Source: Candidatus Micrarchaeota archaeon
GTDB lineage: Archaea > B1Sed10-29 > JAJRYS01
Direction: 5' to 3'
NCBI GenBank assembly: GCA_964643685.1
Contig: CAZXTN010000004.1
Coordinates: 1 to 40,576 of the forward strand
DNA length: 40,576 nt
The position numbers were made by a program, and so were the translations under genes. This document shows, piece after piece, positions 1 to 8,206 of this stretch; positions within the stretch are counted from its first letter, which is position 1, and each line of letters opens with the position of its first letter. The notes under the pieces were generated by a model. That model was given only the letters and a program-made list of their open reading frames with translations, had not been told where the DNA came from and did no database searches.

Positions 1-20
1 CGAAACTCCCGTCGGGCCCG
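1..20 (+). tRNA. 3' fragment of a tRNA truncated by the window edge (acceptor GGGCCCG type, G73; Lys or Arg likely), apparently including the end of a 59/60 intron
   Basis: CGAA-AC|T-CCCGT-CGGGCCC-G reads as T60, T-stem 3' strand, acceptor 3' strand and discriminator. CGAAAC|T has the same form as the intron ends CGAAAA|T (803-809) and CGAAAT|T (40556-40562) and is too long for an uninterrupted 7-nt T-loop. Confidence 0.7.
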
Positions 21-24
21 CTAG

Positions 25-177
25 GAATTTGTTGAACAAATTCAATCGCAGTTAAACTGCTCAAACCTTTGCTTTAAAAAAGCAAAGTCCATTAAACAGA
101 CTGCATGCGCTTACGTTTAGCAGTCTTGTTCAAAAACCAAAGGTTTTTGAAAATGTTTTGCCTCTAACGAGGCAAAA
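25..177. repeat. tandem array of six short inverted repeats (hairpin cassette) downstream of the tRNA
   Basis: Hairpins at 25-43, 48-60, 67-87, 98-126, 129-151 and 156-177; parts resemble 33257-33313 and 2458-2483. Confidence 0.8.
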
Positions 178-263
178 GTTGTGATTACGTTACTCTTTTT
201 ATCTTTGCTTTCATCAATTGCTTTTTTAAATGAAAAAAGCCATAAAACAAAATACTCTAAAAT

Positions 264-427
264 GGGAAGGTAGCTCAGCCCGGGAGTATGCAACCCTGCT
301 TCAAAAAGCAGATGCAAACCGAAAGCGCCAGGCTGAAGAGAAAACCATTTTACTTTAAGTGGTTTTTCAGCGAAGAAAAAGCTTCGCAGAAACCTGGGTG
401 TCGCGGATTCAAATTCCGCCCTTCCCA
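264..427 (+). tRNA. tRNA-Phe(GAA) with two introns (22/23: 287-323; 37/38: 339-391)
   Basis: Acceptor GGGAAGG/CCTTCCC-A; D-arm GCTC...G|AGC; anticodon stem CCAGG/CCTGG with CTGAAG|A, anticodon 335-337; T-arm GCGGA-TTCAAAT-TCCGC. Relaxed BHB at both junctions. Confidence 0.92.
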
Positions 428-445
428 CTTCAACAACAAAAAAAT

Positions 446-668
446 GCACTCGTTGCCTAGCTCCCCTTTTCTTTTAAAAAAAGAAAAGGGTAAGTTTCCC
501 AAAAGAAAAAATACTGAGAAGAGAATATAATTATAAAAAAGAAAGTGGTGGTCGCCTAGCTCCCTCCCTTTTCTTTTTAGAAAAAAGAAAGTGGTAAGTG
601 TTGCAATTAACGAAGTTAATTGAACCGTCAAACAATCAAAGATTGTTTGCACGTTTCCAAAAGAAAAA
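446..668 (+). repeat. two tandem copies (446-511, 545-668) of a tRNA-5'-like hairpin element; the second carries a 55-bp double-hairpin insertion
   Basis: Both read GT(T/C)GCCTAGCTCCC, then a TTTTCTTTT/AAAAGAAA hairpin, GGTAAG and TTTCC(C)AAAAGAAAAA; 599-653 is present only in copy 2. Confidence 0.75.
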
Positions 669-708
669 CTTAAATTTGAAGTAATGTAATAGTTATATTG
701 AATTTAAT

Positions 709-822
709 GCGCTCGTTGTCTAGTGGTTATGATGGTAGATTGCCAATCTATCGGCCCGGGTTCAATTTTGCGCTAAAGTTCTTTCAACGAACTTTTCGCA
801 AGCGAAAATCCCGGCGAGCGCA
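709..822 (+). tRNA. tRNA-Gly(GCC) with T-loop (59/60) intron 767-808
   Basis: Acceptor GCGCTCG/CGAGCGC-A; anticodon arm GTAGA-TTGCCAA-TCTAT (GCC 742-744); T-stem CCGGG/CCCGG interrupted by a 42-nt hairpin. Confidence 0.92.
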
Positions 823-946
823 TTTAAAACAAGATGAAGGCAATTAAGAATTATAAGATGAAAAATGAGCACTTCAGCAAAGCTGAATGTGGTCACATTA
901 AATGCAATTTTTGTTAAAAATTGCCGATGATCCCGGCGAGCGCATT
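808..946 (+). mobile_element. tRNA-Gly(GCC) 3'-end duplication cassette
   Basis: 17-bp direct repeat ATCCCGGCGAGCGCATT at 808-824 and 930-946 encloses 105 bp with hairpins 866-895 and 904-924. Mobility is inferred. Confidence 0.6.
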
Positions 947-1033
947 CTGTTTCTAATTTTCTGTTAATTTAGTTTCAGCTTTCTAAACATTATATAAACC
1001 AAAAAAGACACAACATTAATCAGTGAAAGCAAA

Positions 1034-2302
1034 ATGATTGACATAAAAATAGTCAGGGAAAAACCAGAAGAAGTTAAAAAAATGCTTGAAAAAAGACACT
1101 CCAATTACCCCCTAGACAAGTTAATAAAAGCAGACAAAAAATGGAGGGAATTAAAAACAAAACTTGAAAACAAAAAGCATGAAAAAAACAAAGTAAGTCA
1201 AGAAATAGCTGAAACGAAGTCACAAGAACAAATACAGCAAATGAAAAAACTAAAAGAAGAAATCAAGCAAACAGAACAAGAAATAGATGCAGTGAAAAAA
1301 GAATTAGACAAGCTTATTTTAGCATGCCCAGCAATGCTTGATGAAACAGTGCCAGAAGGAAAAGATGAACAAGACAATGTAGAAATAAGAAAATGGGGAG
1401 AGCCGAAACAATTCAACTTTGAATTAAAAAACCATGCTGAATTAATAGAAGAACTGAACATTGGAAACTTTGAAAAAGCAGCTCAAGCAAGTGGAAGAGG
1501 ATTCAACTACTTATTCAATGACTTGGCTTTACTTGACTTAGCTCTTCAAAAATTCGCAATTGACTTCCTCATGAAAAAAGGGCACAGTTTAGTCACTCCT
1601 CCTCTAATGCTTAACAAAAAAGCATACGAAGGAATCGTTGACATGGAAGACTTTGAAAACGTCATGTACAAAATACAAGACGAAAACAATTACTTAATAG
1701 CAACAGCAGAACACCCATTAATAGCATTGTTCGCAAATGAAGTAATCCCAGAAGAACAACTCCCAATAAAACTTGTTGGAGTAAGCCCTGCTTTCAGAAA
1801 AGAAATAGGGGCACATGGAGTAGACACAAGAGGACTGTTCAGAATGCATCAATTCAACAAAGTAGAACAAATCATCCTAAGCAAGCCAGAAGACTCAAAA
1901 AAATACTTAGAAGAACTGCACGCAAACGCAGAAGAACTATACAAAGCACTTGAAATTCCATTCAGAACAATTGAAATCTGCGCAGGAGACTTGTCAATAA
2001 AAAATGCAAAACAATATGACATAGAAGCATGGTTCCCAAGGCAAAAGCAATACAAAGAAGTTGGAAGCAGTTCAAACTGCGTGGACTTCCAATCAAGAGC
2101 ACTTAACATAAAATATGGCAAAAGAGGAGGAAACAAAGAATATGTCCATACGCTCAACGCAACTGGAATCGCAACAAGCAGAGCACTCGTAGCGATACTT
2201 GAAAACAACCAGCAAGAAGACTGTTCAATAATAATACCAAAAGTGTTGGTTCCTTACATGAATGGCAAAACAAAAATACTTAAAAACAAAGAAATACTAT
2301 AA
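1034..2302 (+). CDS. serS: seryl-tRNA synthetase
   Basis: N-terminal coiled-coil arm; LIATAEHPL, FRKEIGAHG..RGLFRMHQFNKVEQ, SSSNCVDFQSR, HTLNAT motifs. Confidence 0.98.
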   Translation: MIDIKIVREKPEEVKKMLEKRHSNYPLDKLIKADKKWRELKTKLENKKHEKNKVSQEIAETKSQEQIQQMKKLKEEIKQTEQEIDAVKKELDKLILACPAMLDETVPEGKDEQDNVEIRKWGEPKQFNFELKNHAELIEELNIGNFEKAAQASGRGFNYLFNDLALLDLALQKFAIDFLMKKGHSLVTPPLMLNKKAYEGIVDMEDFENVMYKIQDENNYLIATAEHPLIALFANEVIPEEQLPIKLVGVSPAFRKEIGAHGVDTRGLFRMHQFNKVEQIILSKPEDSKKYLEELHANAEELYKALEIPFRTIEICAGDLSIKNAKQYDIEAWFPRQKQYKEVGSSSNCVDFQSRALNIKYGKRGGNKEYVHTLNATGIATSRALVAILENNQQEDCSIIIPKVLVPYMNGKTKILKNKEIL

Positions 2303-2321
2303 AACAACGCAACAACAACAC

Positions 2322-2444
2322 GGGCCCGTAGCTCAGTCAAAGCTCCACTTCTTATTGATTAAAAAAATGAGGAAGAGCTTCTGAAATGGTCAGAGCGTCG
2401 GACTCTTAATCCGAGTGCCGGGGGTTCGAATCCCCTCGGGCCCG
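2322..2444 (+). tRNA. tRNA-Lys(CTT) with D-loop intron (17/17a) 2339-2386
   Basis: Acceptor GGGCCCG/CGGGCCC-G; TCGGA-CTCTTAA-TCCGA; GGTTCGAATCC. Junction TCAG/CTGA helix with TC|A and AA|T bulges and outer helix AAGCTC/GAGCTT. Confidence 0.93.
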
Positions 2445-2457
2445 TTTACACAAAAAA

Positions 2458-2483
2458 GACCACTAAACGAAGCGCACGTGATC
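2458..2483 (+). repeat. GACCAC-type hairpin downstream of tRNA-Lys
   Basis: GACCAC-TAAACGAAGCGCAC-GTGATC; related copies at 98-126, 866-895 and 34043-34070. Confidence 0.7.
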
Positions 2484-2511
2484 GATTGATACAAACTTTT
2501 AACTGATTTTT

Positions 2512-4071
2512 ATGGCTGATGAAAAAAAAGCACTGCATTGGGCAGACAAGTATGCGGAGCAAATCATTGCACGCAATCCTGAAAAAAAAGAATACATAGT
2601 GGAAAGTGGAATCACTCCTTCTGGAACAGTGCATGCTGGAAACTTCAGAGAAACAATGACGCAAGAACTCGTCTACAAAGCGCTTTTAGACAAAGGAGTA
2701 AAAGCAAGGTACATTTATTATTGGGACGATTACGACAGGTTCAGGAAAGTGCCTAAAGGAGTTCCAAAAGAATGGGAGCAGTATATAGGGATGCCTTTGT
2801 TTAAAGTTCCTGACCCACATGGTTGTCATGATAATTATGCAGAACACCACGAAGCGCCAGTGCAACAAGAAAACGAAGCAGTAGGCATACACGTAGAGTA
2901 CTTGCATTCTTCAAAAGAGTATCCGAAAGGAATCTATGCTGACTACTTAAAAACAGCGTTAGAGAATAATGATAAAATAAGAGAAATTTTAAACAAGTTC
3001 AGAAAAGAACCTTTGCCTGAAAACTGGCTGTGCGTGGAGGTTTACTGTGAAAAATGCTGGAGGGATAAGACAACAGCTAAGTATGAGGGCGGTTATGAAG
3101 TTAGTTATAAATGCAATTACTGTGGGCATGAAGGAAGAATAAATTTTCAAAAAGGAGGAAGGGTTAAGCTTAGATGGAGAAGCGACTGGCCAATGAGATG
3201 GGCTTATTACGGAGTTGATTTTGAGTCATCTGGAAAAGAGCATAAAGCAGCAGGAGGAAGCTGGGATACTGGAATTAGGATAATGAAAGAAGTTTTCAAA
3301 AAAGAGCCACCAATAGGCCCAATGTATGAATTTATTTATTTCAAGGGACAGAAAGAAAAAATGAGTTCCTCAACAGGAAATGTCATAAAAGTAAGGCAGT
3401 TGTTAGAAGTTTATGAACCAGAAGTAGTCAGGTACTTGTATACTGCAAAAATAAACAAGTCATTTGAAATTTCATTTGATGCTGACCTATTAAATGATTA
3501 TAACTACTTTGACAAAGCAAAAAAAATGTACTACGGCAAAATAGAAGAAAAAGATGAAAATGAAATAAGAAAATATGAATTAGCTAAACTTACAGATGAG
3601 TACGTTGACTTGCCTCAATTTTCAGTATGCGTCAACGCAATACAAATAGCACTCGGAGACATTGAAAAGGCGAGGGAGATTTTGAAAAAAACAGGGCACC
3701 CTTACGAGCATGCAGATAAGAGGTTACAGTTAGCTTGGAACTGGGTTCAGAAATACGCTCCTGAACAATTCAAGTTCACAGTTAAACAGAATTTGAAAGA
3801 AATAGCAGAAGACATAAGATTGAATACGTGGAGCGATGAAATGAAAGAACTGCTGAAAGAAACAGCTGATGAAATTGAAAAAGGAGCAACAGGAGAGGAA
3901 CTTCAGCAGTTTATTTTCAACACTGCAAAAGCAAAAGAGATACCTGTAAAAATTGCTTTCATGACATTTTATCAATTGTTACTTGGAAAAAGCAGGGGGC
4001 CGAAACTAGGTCCTTTCCTAGCTTCTCTTGACAAGGATTTTGCAGTGAAAAGATTAAGGTTAGAAGCATGA
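2512..4071 (+). CDS. lysS: lysyl-tRNA synthetase, class I
   Basis: HWAD..A, SGITPSGTVHAGNFRE (HIGH-like), DWPMRW, KMSSS, RGPKLG. Confidence 0.97.
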   Translation: MADEKKALHWADKYAEQIIARNPEKKEYIVESGITPSGTVHAGNFRETMTQELVYKALLDKGVKARYIYYWDDYDRFRKVPKGVPKEWEQYIGMPLFKVPDPHGCHDNYAEHHEAPVQQENEAVGIHVEYLHSSKEYPKGIYADYLKTALENNDKIREILNKFRKEPLPENWLCVEVYCEKCWRDKTTAKYEGGYEVSYKCNYCGHEGRINFQKGGRVKLRWRSDWPMRWAYYGVDFESSGKEHKAAGGSWDTGIRIMKEVFKKEPPIGPMYEFIYFKGQKEKMSSSTGNVIKVRQLLEVYEPEVVRYLYTAKINKSFEISFDADLLNDYNYFDKAKKMYYGKIEEKDENEIRKYELAKLTDEYVDLPQFSVCVNAIQIALGDIEKAREILKKTGHPYEHADKRLQLAWNWVQKYAPEQFKFTVKQNLKEIAEDIRLNTWSDEMKELLKETADEIEKGATGEELQQFIFNTAKAKEIPVKIAFMTFYQLLLGKSRGPKLGPFLASLDKDFAVKRLRLEA

Positions 4072-4658
4072 CTTTTAAGCAATTAGAAAAGCAAGTGAAG
4101 GAAAAATTTGAGAAGGAAAAAAGAGGTTCAGCGCATGACTTCATGCACATTCAAAGAGTCATGAAAAACGCTGAGTTAATTGGAAGAGAAGAAAAAGCAA
4201 ATTTGAAAATTTTAAAATACTCTGCTTTACTGCATGATTATGTGAGAGAAACAGCGCATGAATTGAAAGGAAACCATGCTCTTGAATCAAGCAAAAAAGC
4301 ACGCAAACTACTTCTAAAAGAAAAATTGACAAAAAAAGAAATTAATGAAATCTGCCACGCAATAGAAGCACACAGCAGGCGTTCAGAAGTAAAACCAGAG
4401 ACACTTGAAGCAAAAGTTTTATTTGACGCTGACAAGCTTGATGCAGCTGGTTACTATGGTTTTTTAAGATGGATAGCTCAAGCAAGCGAATTAAACTGGA
4501 GCATAGACAAAGCAATTCAATTTTACTTGAAAGAAGCTGAAAAAACAATTAAAAAAGGATTCTATACTAAAACAGGAACAAAACTAATTAAAAAAAGGTC
4601 AACTGAAGCAATAAAATTAGCCAAGCAGATTCAAAAACAATTGAAAAAAGAACAGTAA
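4068..4658 (+). CDS. HD-domain phosphohydrolase
   Basis: AHDFMHIQRV, ALLHD, AIEAHS, DADKLDA. Confidence 0.9.
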   Translation: MTFKQLEKQVKEKFEKEKRGSAHDFMHIQRVMKNAELIGREEKANLKILKYSALLHDYVRETAHELKGNHALESSKKARKLLLKEKLTKKEINEICHAIEAHSRRSEVKPETLEAKVLFDADKLDAAGYYGFLRWIAQASELNWSIDKAIQFYLKEAEKTIKKGFYTKTGTKLIKKRSTEAIKLAKQIQKQLKKEQ

Positions 4659-4777
4659 GCAAAAGCAATACAAACAAAAAACAAAAAAATAATCGACTTG
4701 TGACGTGGAAAAGGTTAAATAAAGTCTAAATTATAATTTTTTTAACTATTTTAAAAAATTCAGGATGTGATTGTTAA

Positions 4778-5866
4778 ATGAATGCAATTGAAAAATTGAA
4801 ACAGCACAAGCAAGAAGTTGACAAAAGACTAAGCAAGTATTTTCATGAAAAGCTAGAGCATGCAGTAATGGAATCAGAAGCAATTGAATATATAAAAGAG
4901 TTATCAGAGCATATTAATGAATATAACTTAAGAGGAGGAAAGAGAATACGCCCTGCATTCGTAGTTGAAGGATACAGAGCAGTAGGGGGAAAAGACATCG
5001 ATTCTATTTATGATGCTGCCCTTGCAGTTGAAACAATGGAAGGTTATTTGTTAATACATGATGATGTGATGGACAGGGATGATTTAAGAAGAGGAGGAAA
5101 AACAGTACACAGGATATACAAAGAGTGGTTTGAAGAGAAACTTAAAGGAATGCCAGAAGAAGCAGAACATTTTGGTAATTCAATAGCAATAGATGCAGGG
5201 GACATAGTTGAAACATTCGGACCTGAATTAATAGCCTTGTCAAACTTTCCAGCTGAAAGAAAAATTGAAGCAATAAAAAAATATTCAAAAATAGCAAGGT
5301 ACACTGGTTATGGACAAGCACTTGATTTAATAGTTGAAAAACTTCCAGTTGAACAGGTAACAGAAAAGCATGTGCTGACAGTTCATAAATTCAAAACAAG
5401 CCTTTACACAATAACAGGCCCTCTGCAAATAGGAGTAATACTAGCAGGAGGCACAAAAGAACAACAGGAGCTAATGGAACAATATGGAGAAAATGTAGGC
5501 ATAGCATTCCAAATACAAGATGATATACTTGGAATTTATGCTGATGAAAAAAAATTAGGAAAACCAGTTGGAAGCGACTTAAAAGAAGGAAAAAGAACAC
5601 TTCTAATACTAAAAGCTCTTGAAAAAGGAACACCAGAACAAAATGAAAAATTAAAATCATTCCTAGGAAAGCAAGACATAACACCAGAAGACGTCAAAGA
5701 AGCGCAGAAAATAATTGAAGAAACAGGCTCTCTAGAATACTCGAAAAATCTTGCAATAGAATATGCTAAAAAAGGAATTTCTGCAATTGAAAACGCTGAA
5801 TTAGAACAAGAAGGAAAAGAATACCTGCTTGGAATAGCAGATTACCTGATAAATAGAGAATTTTAA
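4778..5866 (+). CDS. idsA: geranylgeranyl diphosphate synthase (polyprenyl synthase)
   Basis: GGKRIRP, LIHDDVMDRDDLRRG (FARM), GQALD, FQIQDD, GKPVGSDLKEGK. Confidence 0.95.
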   Translation: MNAIEKLKQHKQEVDKRLSKYFHEKLEHAVMESEAIEYIKELSEHINEYNLRGGKRIRPAFVVEGYRAVGGKDIDSIYDAALAVETMEGYLLIHDDVMDRDDLRRGGKTVHRIYKEWFEEKLKGMPEEAEHFGNSIAIDAGDIVETFGPELIALSNFPAERKIEAIKKYSKIARYTGYGQALDLIVEKLPVEQVTEKHVLTVHKFKTSLYTITGPLQIGVILAGGTKEQQELMEQYGENVGIAFQIQDDILGIYADEKKLGKPVGSDLKEGKRTLLILKALEKGTPEQNEKLKSFLGKQDITPEDVKEAQKIIEETGSLEYSKNLAIEYAKKGISAIENAELEQEGKEYLLGIADYLINREF

Positions 5867-5884
5867 AAGAGGCAAAAGGATCAA

Positions 5885-6673
5885 ATGAAAAGTTTAAAAA
5901 TACTTAAGATAGGCGGCAGCATAATCACTGATAGGAAAAGCAGCACACCTAAAGTGAATTATAAAGCACTTAAAAGAATTGCGAGAGAAGTAAGCAGTTA
6001 TAAAGGCGATTTAATTTTGATTCATGGAGCAGGGAGCTACGGGCACCAGATAGTGAAAAAAACAGGAATACACAAGGGCATTAAAAACAAAAAGCAAGTG
6101 CTGGCTTTTGCTGAAACTCAAAAACTTCAAAATGAGCTAAATGCAATAGTATGCAATGAATTAATAAAAGCAGGAGTTCCCGCCATTCCAGTGCAAGCAT
6201 CTGCAAGCGCGATCATGAGCAAAGGAAAAATGAAAAAAATGAACCATGAAATTGTGAAAAAAATGCTTGAAATTGGGCTTGTTCCTGTGCTTTATGGCGT
6301 GCCAGCTTATGATGAGAGCCAAAAATGTTCCATTTTATCAGGAGATGAAATTGCACCTTACCTTGCATTAAAACTAGGTGCTGAGAAAGTGATACATGCA
6401 ACAGATGTTGATGGGGTTTTCACAGCAGATCCTAAAAAAGATAAAAATGCAAAACTTATTCCTCTAATAACTGAAAAAAATTTGAAAGAAGTGAAAAAAG
6501 CAATAACAGGCTCGACTAATATAGATGTAACTGGGGGCATGATGAAAAAAATAAACGAGCTTATGAAATTAAGAAAAAAAGGAGTGGAAACAATTTTAAT
6601 TAATGCCAATGAAAAAGGCAGGGTAAGAAAGGCATTAGCAAACAAAAAAGTAATTGGCACCATTGTGAAATAA
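5885..6673 (+). CDS. ipk: isopentenyl phosphate kinase
   Basis: Amino-acid-kinase fold LKIGGSIIT, HGAGSYGH, SGDE, DVTGGM; sits between idsA and fni. Confidence 0.93.
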   Translation: MKSLKILKIGGSIITDRKSSTPKVNYKALKRIAREVSSYKGDLILIHGAGSYGHQIVKKTGIHKGIKNKKQVLAFAETQKLQNELNAIVCNELIKAGVPAIPVQASASAIMSKGKMKKMNHEIVKKMLEIGLVPVLYGVPAYDESQKCSILSGDEIAPYLALKLGAEKVIHATDVDGVFTADPKKDKNAKLIPLITEKNLKEVKKAITGSTNIDVTGGMMKKINELMKLRKKGVETILINANEKGRVRKALANKKVIGTIVK

Positions 6674-6689
6674 ATAGTCGGTTGGAAAA

Positions 6690-7727
6690 ATGGCAAATGA
6701 AAAAACGCTTACAAGAAAAGAAGAGCATTTAAGAATATGCTTAGAAGAAAAAGTTGAAACAAGTTCAACATTATTTGAAAGCGTGGTTCTTAAACATGAA
6801 GCTTTGCCTGAATTTGATTATTATAAAATTGACACTTCTGTTTCTTTCTTAGGCAAAAAATTCAAGTTCCCTTTGATGATAGCTGCGTGCACAGGAGGAA
6901 TACCAAAAGCAGAGGAGATAAACAGGGCTTTTGCAGAAGCAGCGCAGGAAAAAGGAATTGGAATGGGTTTCGGTTCACAGAGGGCAATGATTGAAAACCC
7001 TGAGAAAATAAATTCATATAAAGCAAGGGACATAGCTCCAGACATCTTCTTAGCTGGAAACATTGGAATAAGCCAGATAAAGCAGTTTAAAACAACCCAG
7101 ATTCAAGAAGCAATGGATGCAATAGAAGCAGATGCCCTGTGCGTGCACTTGAATCCTGCACAGGAATTCTTTCAAAAAGATGATGAAAGAGATGTTGACT
7201 TTTCAAACACATACGAAGCACTCGCAAACTTATGCGACACGCTAAGCATACCAGTTATTGCAAAAGAAGTTGGTAATGGCATATCCAAGGAGACTAGCTT
7301 GAAGCTTAAGCAAGCTGGAGTAAAAGCAATTGATGTCGGAGGCGCAGGTGGGACGAGCTGGGTTGTTGTAGACAGCCTGCGTTCAGGCAAAAACGCAGAC
7401 GAGTTTAAAAATTGGGGTATTCCAACAGCAGCTTCAATACTAGAAGCAAAAGAAGCTGAACTGCCTTTAATTGCAACAGGAGGAGTGAGAACAGGACTTG
7501 ATATTGCAAAATCAATAGCATTAGGGGCAGATTTGACAGGAATCGCTCTTCCTTTCTTGAAAAAATACCATGATAATGGTGTTAAGGGGTTAGTTGAGTA
7601 TATGGATCAGTTAGAAGATGAATTGAAAGCAGCAATGTTTTTCACAGGTTCTGAAAAGGTAAGGGAATTGAAAAAAGCAAATTATGTCCTGTTAGGGAAA
7701 TTAAGAGATTGGCAGATGCAGATTTGA
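6690..7727 (+). CDS. fni: type 2 isopentenyl-diphosphate delta-isomerase
   Basis: RKEEH, TGG, GSQR, HLNPAQE, KEVGNG, GAGGTSW. Confidence 0.96.
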   Translation: MANEKTLTRKEEHLRICLEEKVETSSTLFESVVLKHEALPEFDYYKIDTSVSFLGKKFKFPLMIAACTGGIPKAEEINRAFAEAAQEKGIGMGFGSQRAMIENPEKINSYKARDIAPDIFLAGNIGISQIKQFKTTQIQEAMDAIEADALCVHLNPAQEFFQKDDERDVDFSNTYEALANLCDTLSIPVIAKEVGNGISKETSLKLKQAGVKAIDVGGAGGTSWVVVDSLRSGKNADEFKNWGIPTAASILEAKEAELPLIATGGVRTGLDIAKSIALGADLTGIALPFLKKYHDNGVKGLVEYMDQLEDELKAAMFFTGSEKVRELKKANYVLLGKLRDWQMQI

Positions 7728-7757
7728 TGCTAAAACAATAAACACAATTATCGCTTT

Positions 7758-7816
7758 TTGTCGTGACAAGGTTTTTAAATAAACGTTTTAATAATTTATG
7801 TTACTTTTAAGGAGGT
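7758..7816 (+). promoter_or_regulatory. putative promoter with upstream palindrome, plus Shine-Dalgarno site
   Basis: Palindrome TTGTC-GT-GACAA 7758-7769; TATA-like TTTAAATA 7774-7781; GGAGGT 7811-7816. Confidence 0.5.
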
Positions 7817-7824
7817 AAATGTAA

Positions 7825-7875
7825 ATGGGTGTTGGACTTTTTGACGAGTCTCCTTTGACAGATCCAGATGAATAA
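7825..7875 (+). CDS. putative 16-aa peptide MGVGLFDESPLTDPDE
   Basis: GGAGGT 8 nt upstream of the ATG; first ORF after a TATA-like box; too short for the ORF track. Confidence 0.5.
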   Translation: MGVGLFDESPLTDPDE

Positions 7876-7891
7876 AAAGGGAGAGGGAGAC

Positions 7892-8206
7892 ATGAAAATT
7901 TTTAAAGGAGAGACAGCGTGCCCTGGTTTTGTCAGGGCGCGTCTTGTCCATAGTTTAGATGAAGAGGGAATTATTGTTTTGGACAAGCTTGATGCTAATG
8001 TTTTTAATTTAAACAAAATTAAAGGACTAGTTATTCGTAACGGAGGAGTTTTGAGTCACGGAGCTGTTTTGGCTCGTGAATTTAATATCCCTTGTGTTGT
8101 TGGTGTTGACGCGCCTAGTTTGGAAAAAGAGGTAATGGTTGAATTAAATGCGGACAAAGGAGAAGTTAGGTTTTTTGAAAAAGGAGAAGAGGGACACTTC
8201 AATTAA
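7892..8206 (+). CDS. stand-alone PEP-utilizing enzyme mobile (phosphohistidine swivel) domain
   Basis: KGETACPG and GGVLSHGAVLAREFNIPCVVG signature; alternative start at 7868. Confidence 0.88.
   Translation: MKIFKGETACPGFVRARLVHSLDEEGIIVLDKLDANVFNLNKIKGLVIRNGGVLSHGAVLAREFNIPCVVGVDAPSLEKEVMVELNADKGEVRFFEKGEEGHFN

Noticed and set aside
315-328. CAAACCGAA(A)GCGC shared between the Phe D-arm intron junction and the antisense of the Gly(TCC) intron (33418-33430)
   Set aside because: The match is short, partly exonic and in opposite orientation; it may be chance.
117-652. ORFs 117-449(-), 288-530(+) and 350-652(-)
   Set aside because: They overlap tRNA-Phe and hairpin repeats and show no protein motifs.
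25-946. CRISPR array interpretation of the repeated hairpins
   Set aside because: No constant-length identical repeats with unique spacers, and no cas genes in the window.
808-946. Intact prophage or integrative island bounded by attL/attR (also at 33226-33377 and 33962-34095)
   Set aside because: Only 100-110 bp lie between the repeats, with no integrase or cargo; kept as mini-cassettes instead.
8148-8206. Programmed frameshift fusing the swivel domain to the 311-aa ORF
   Set aside because: A T-run and A-run lie in the overlap, but the swivel domain is already complete, the second ORF has its own ATG and no stimulatory structure is evident; it cannot be supported without reads or homologs.
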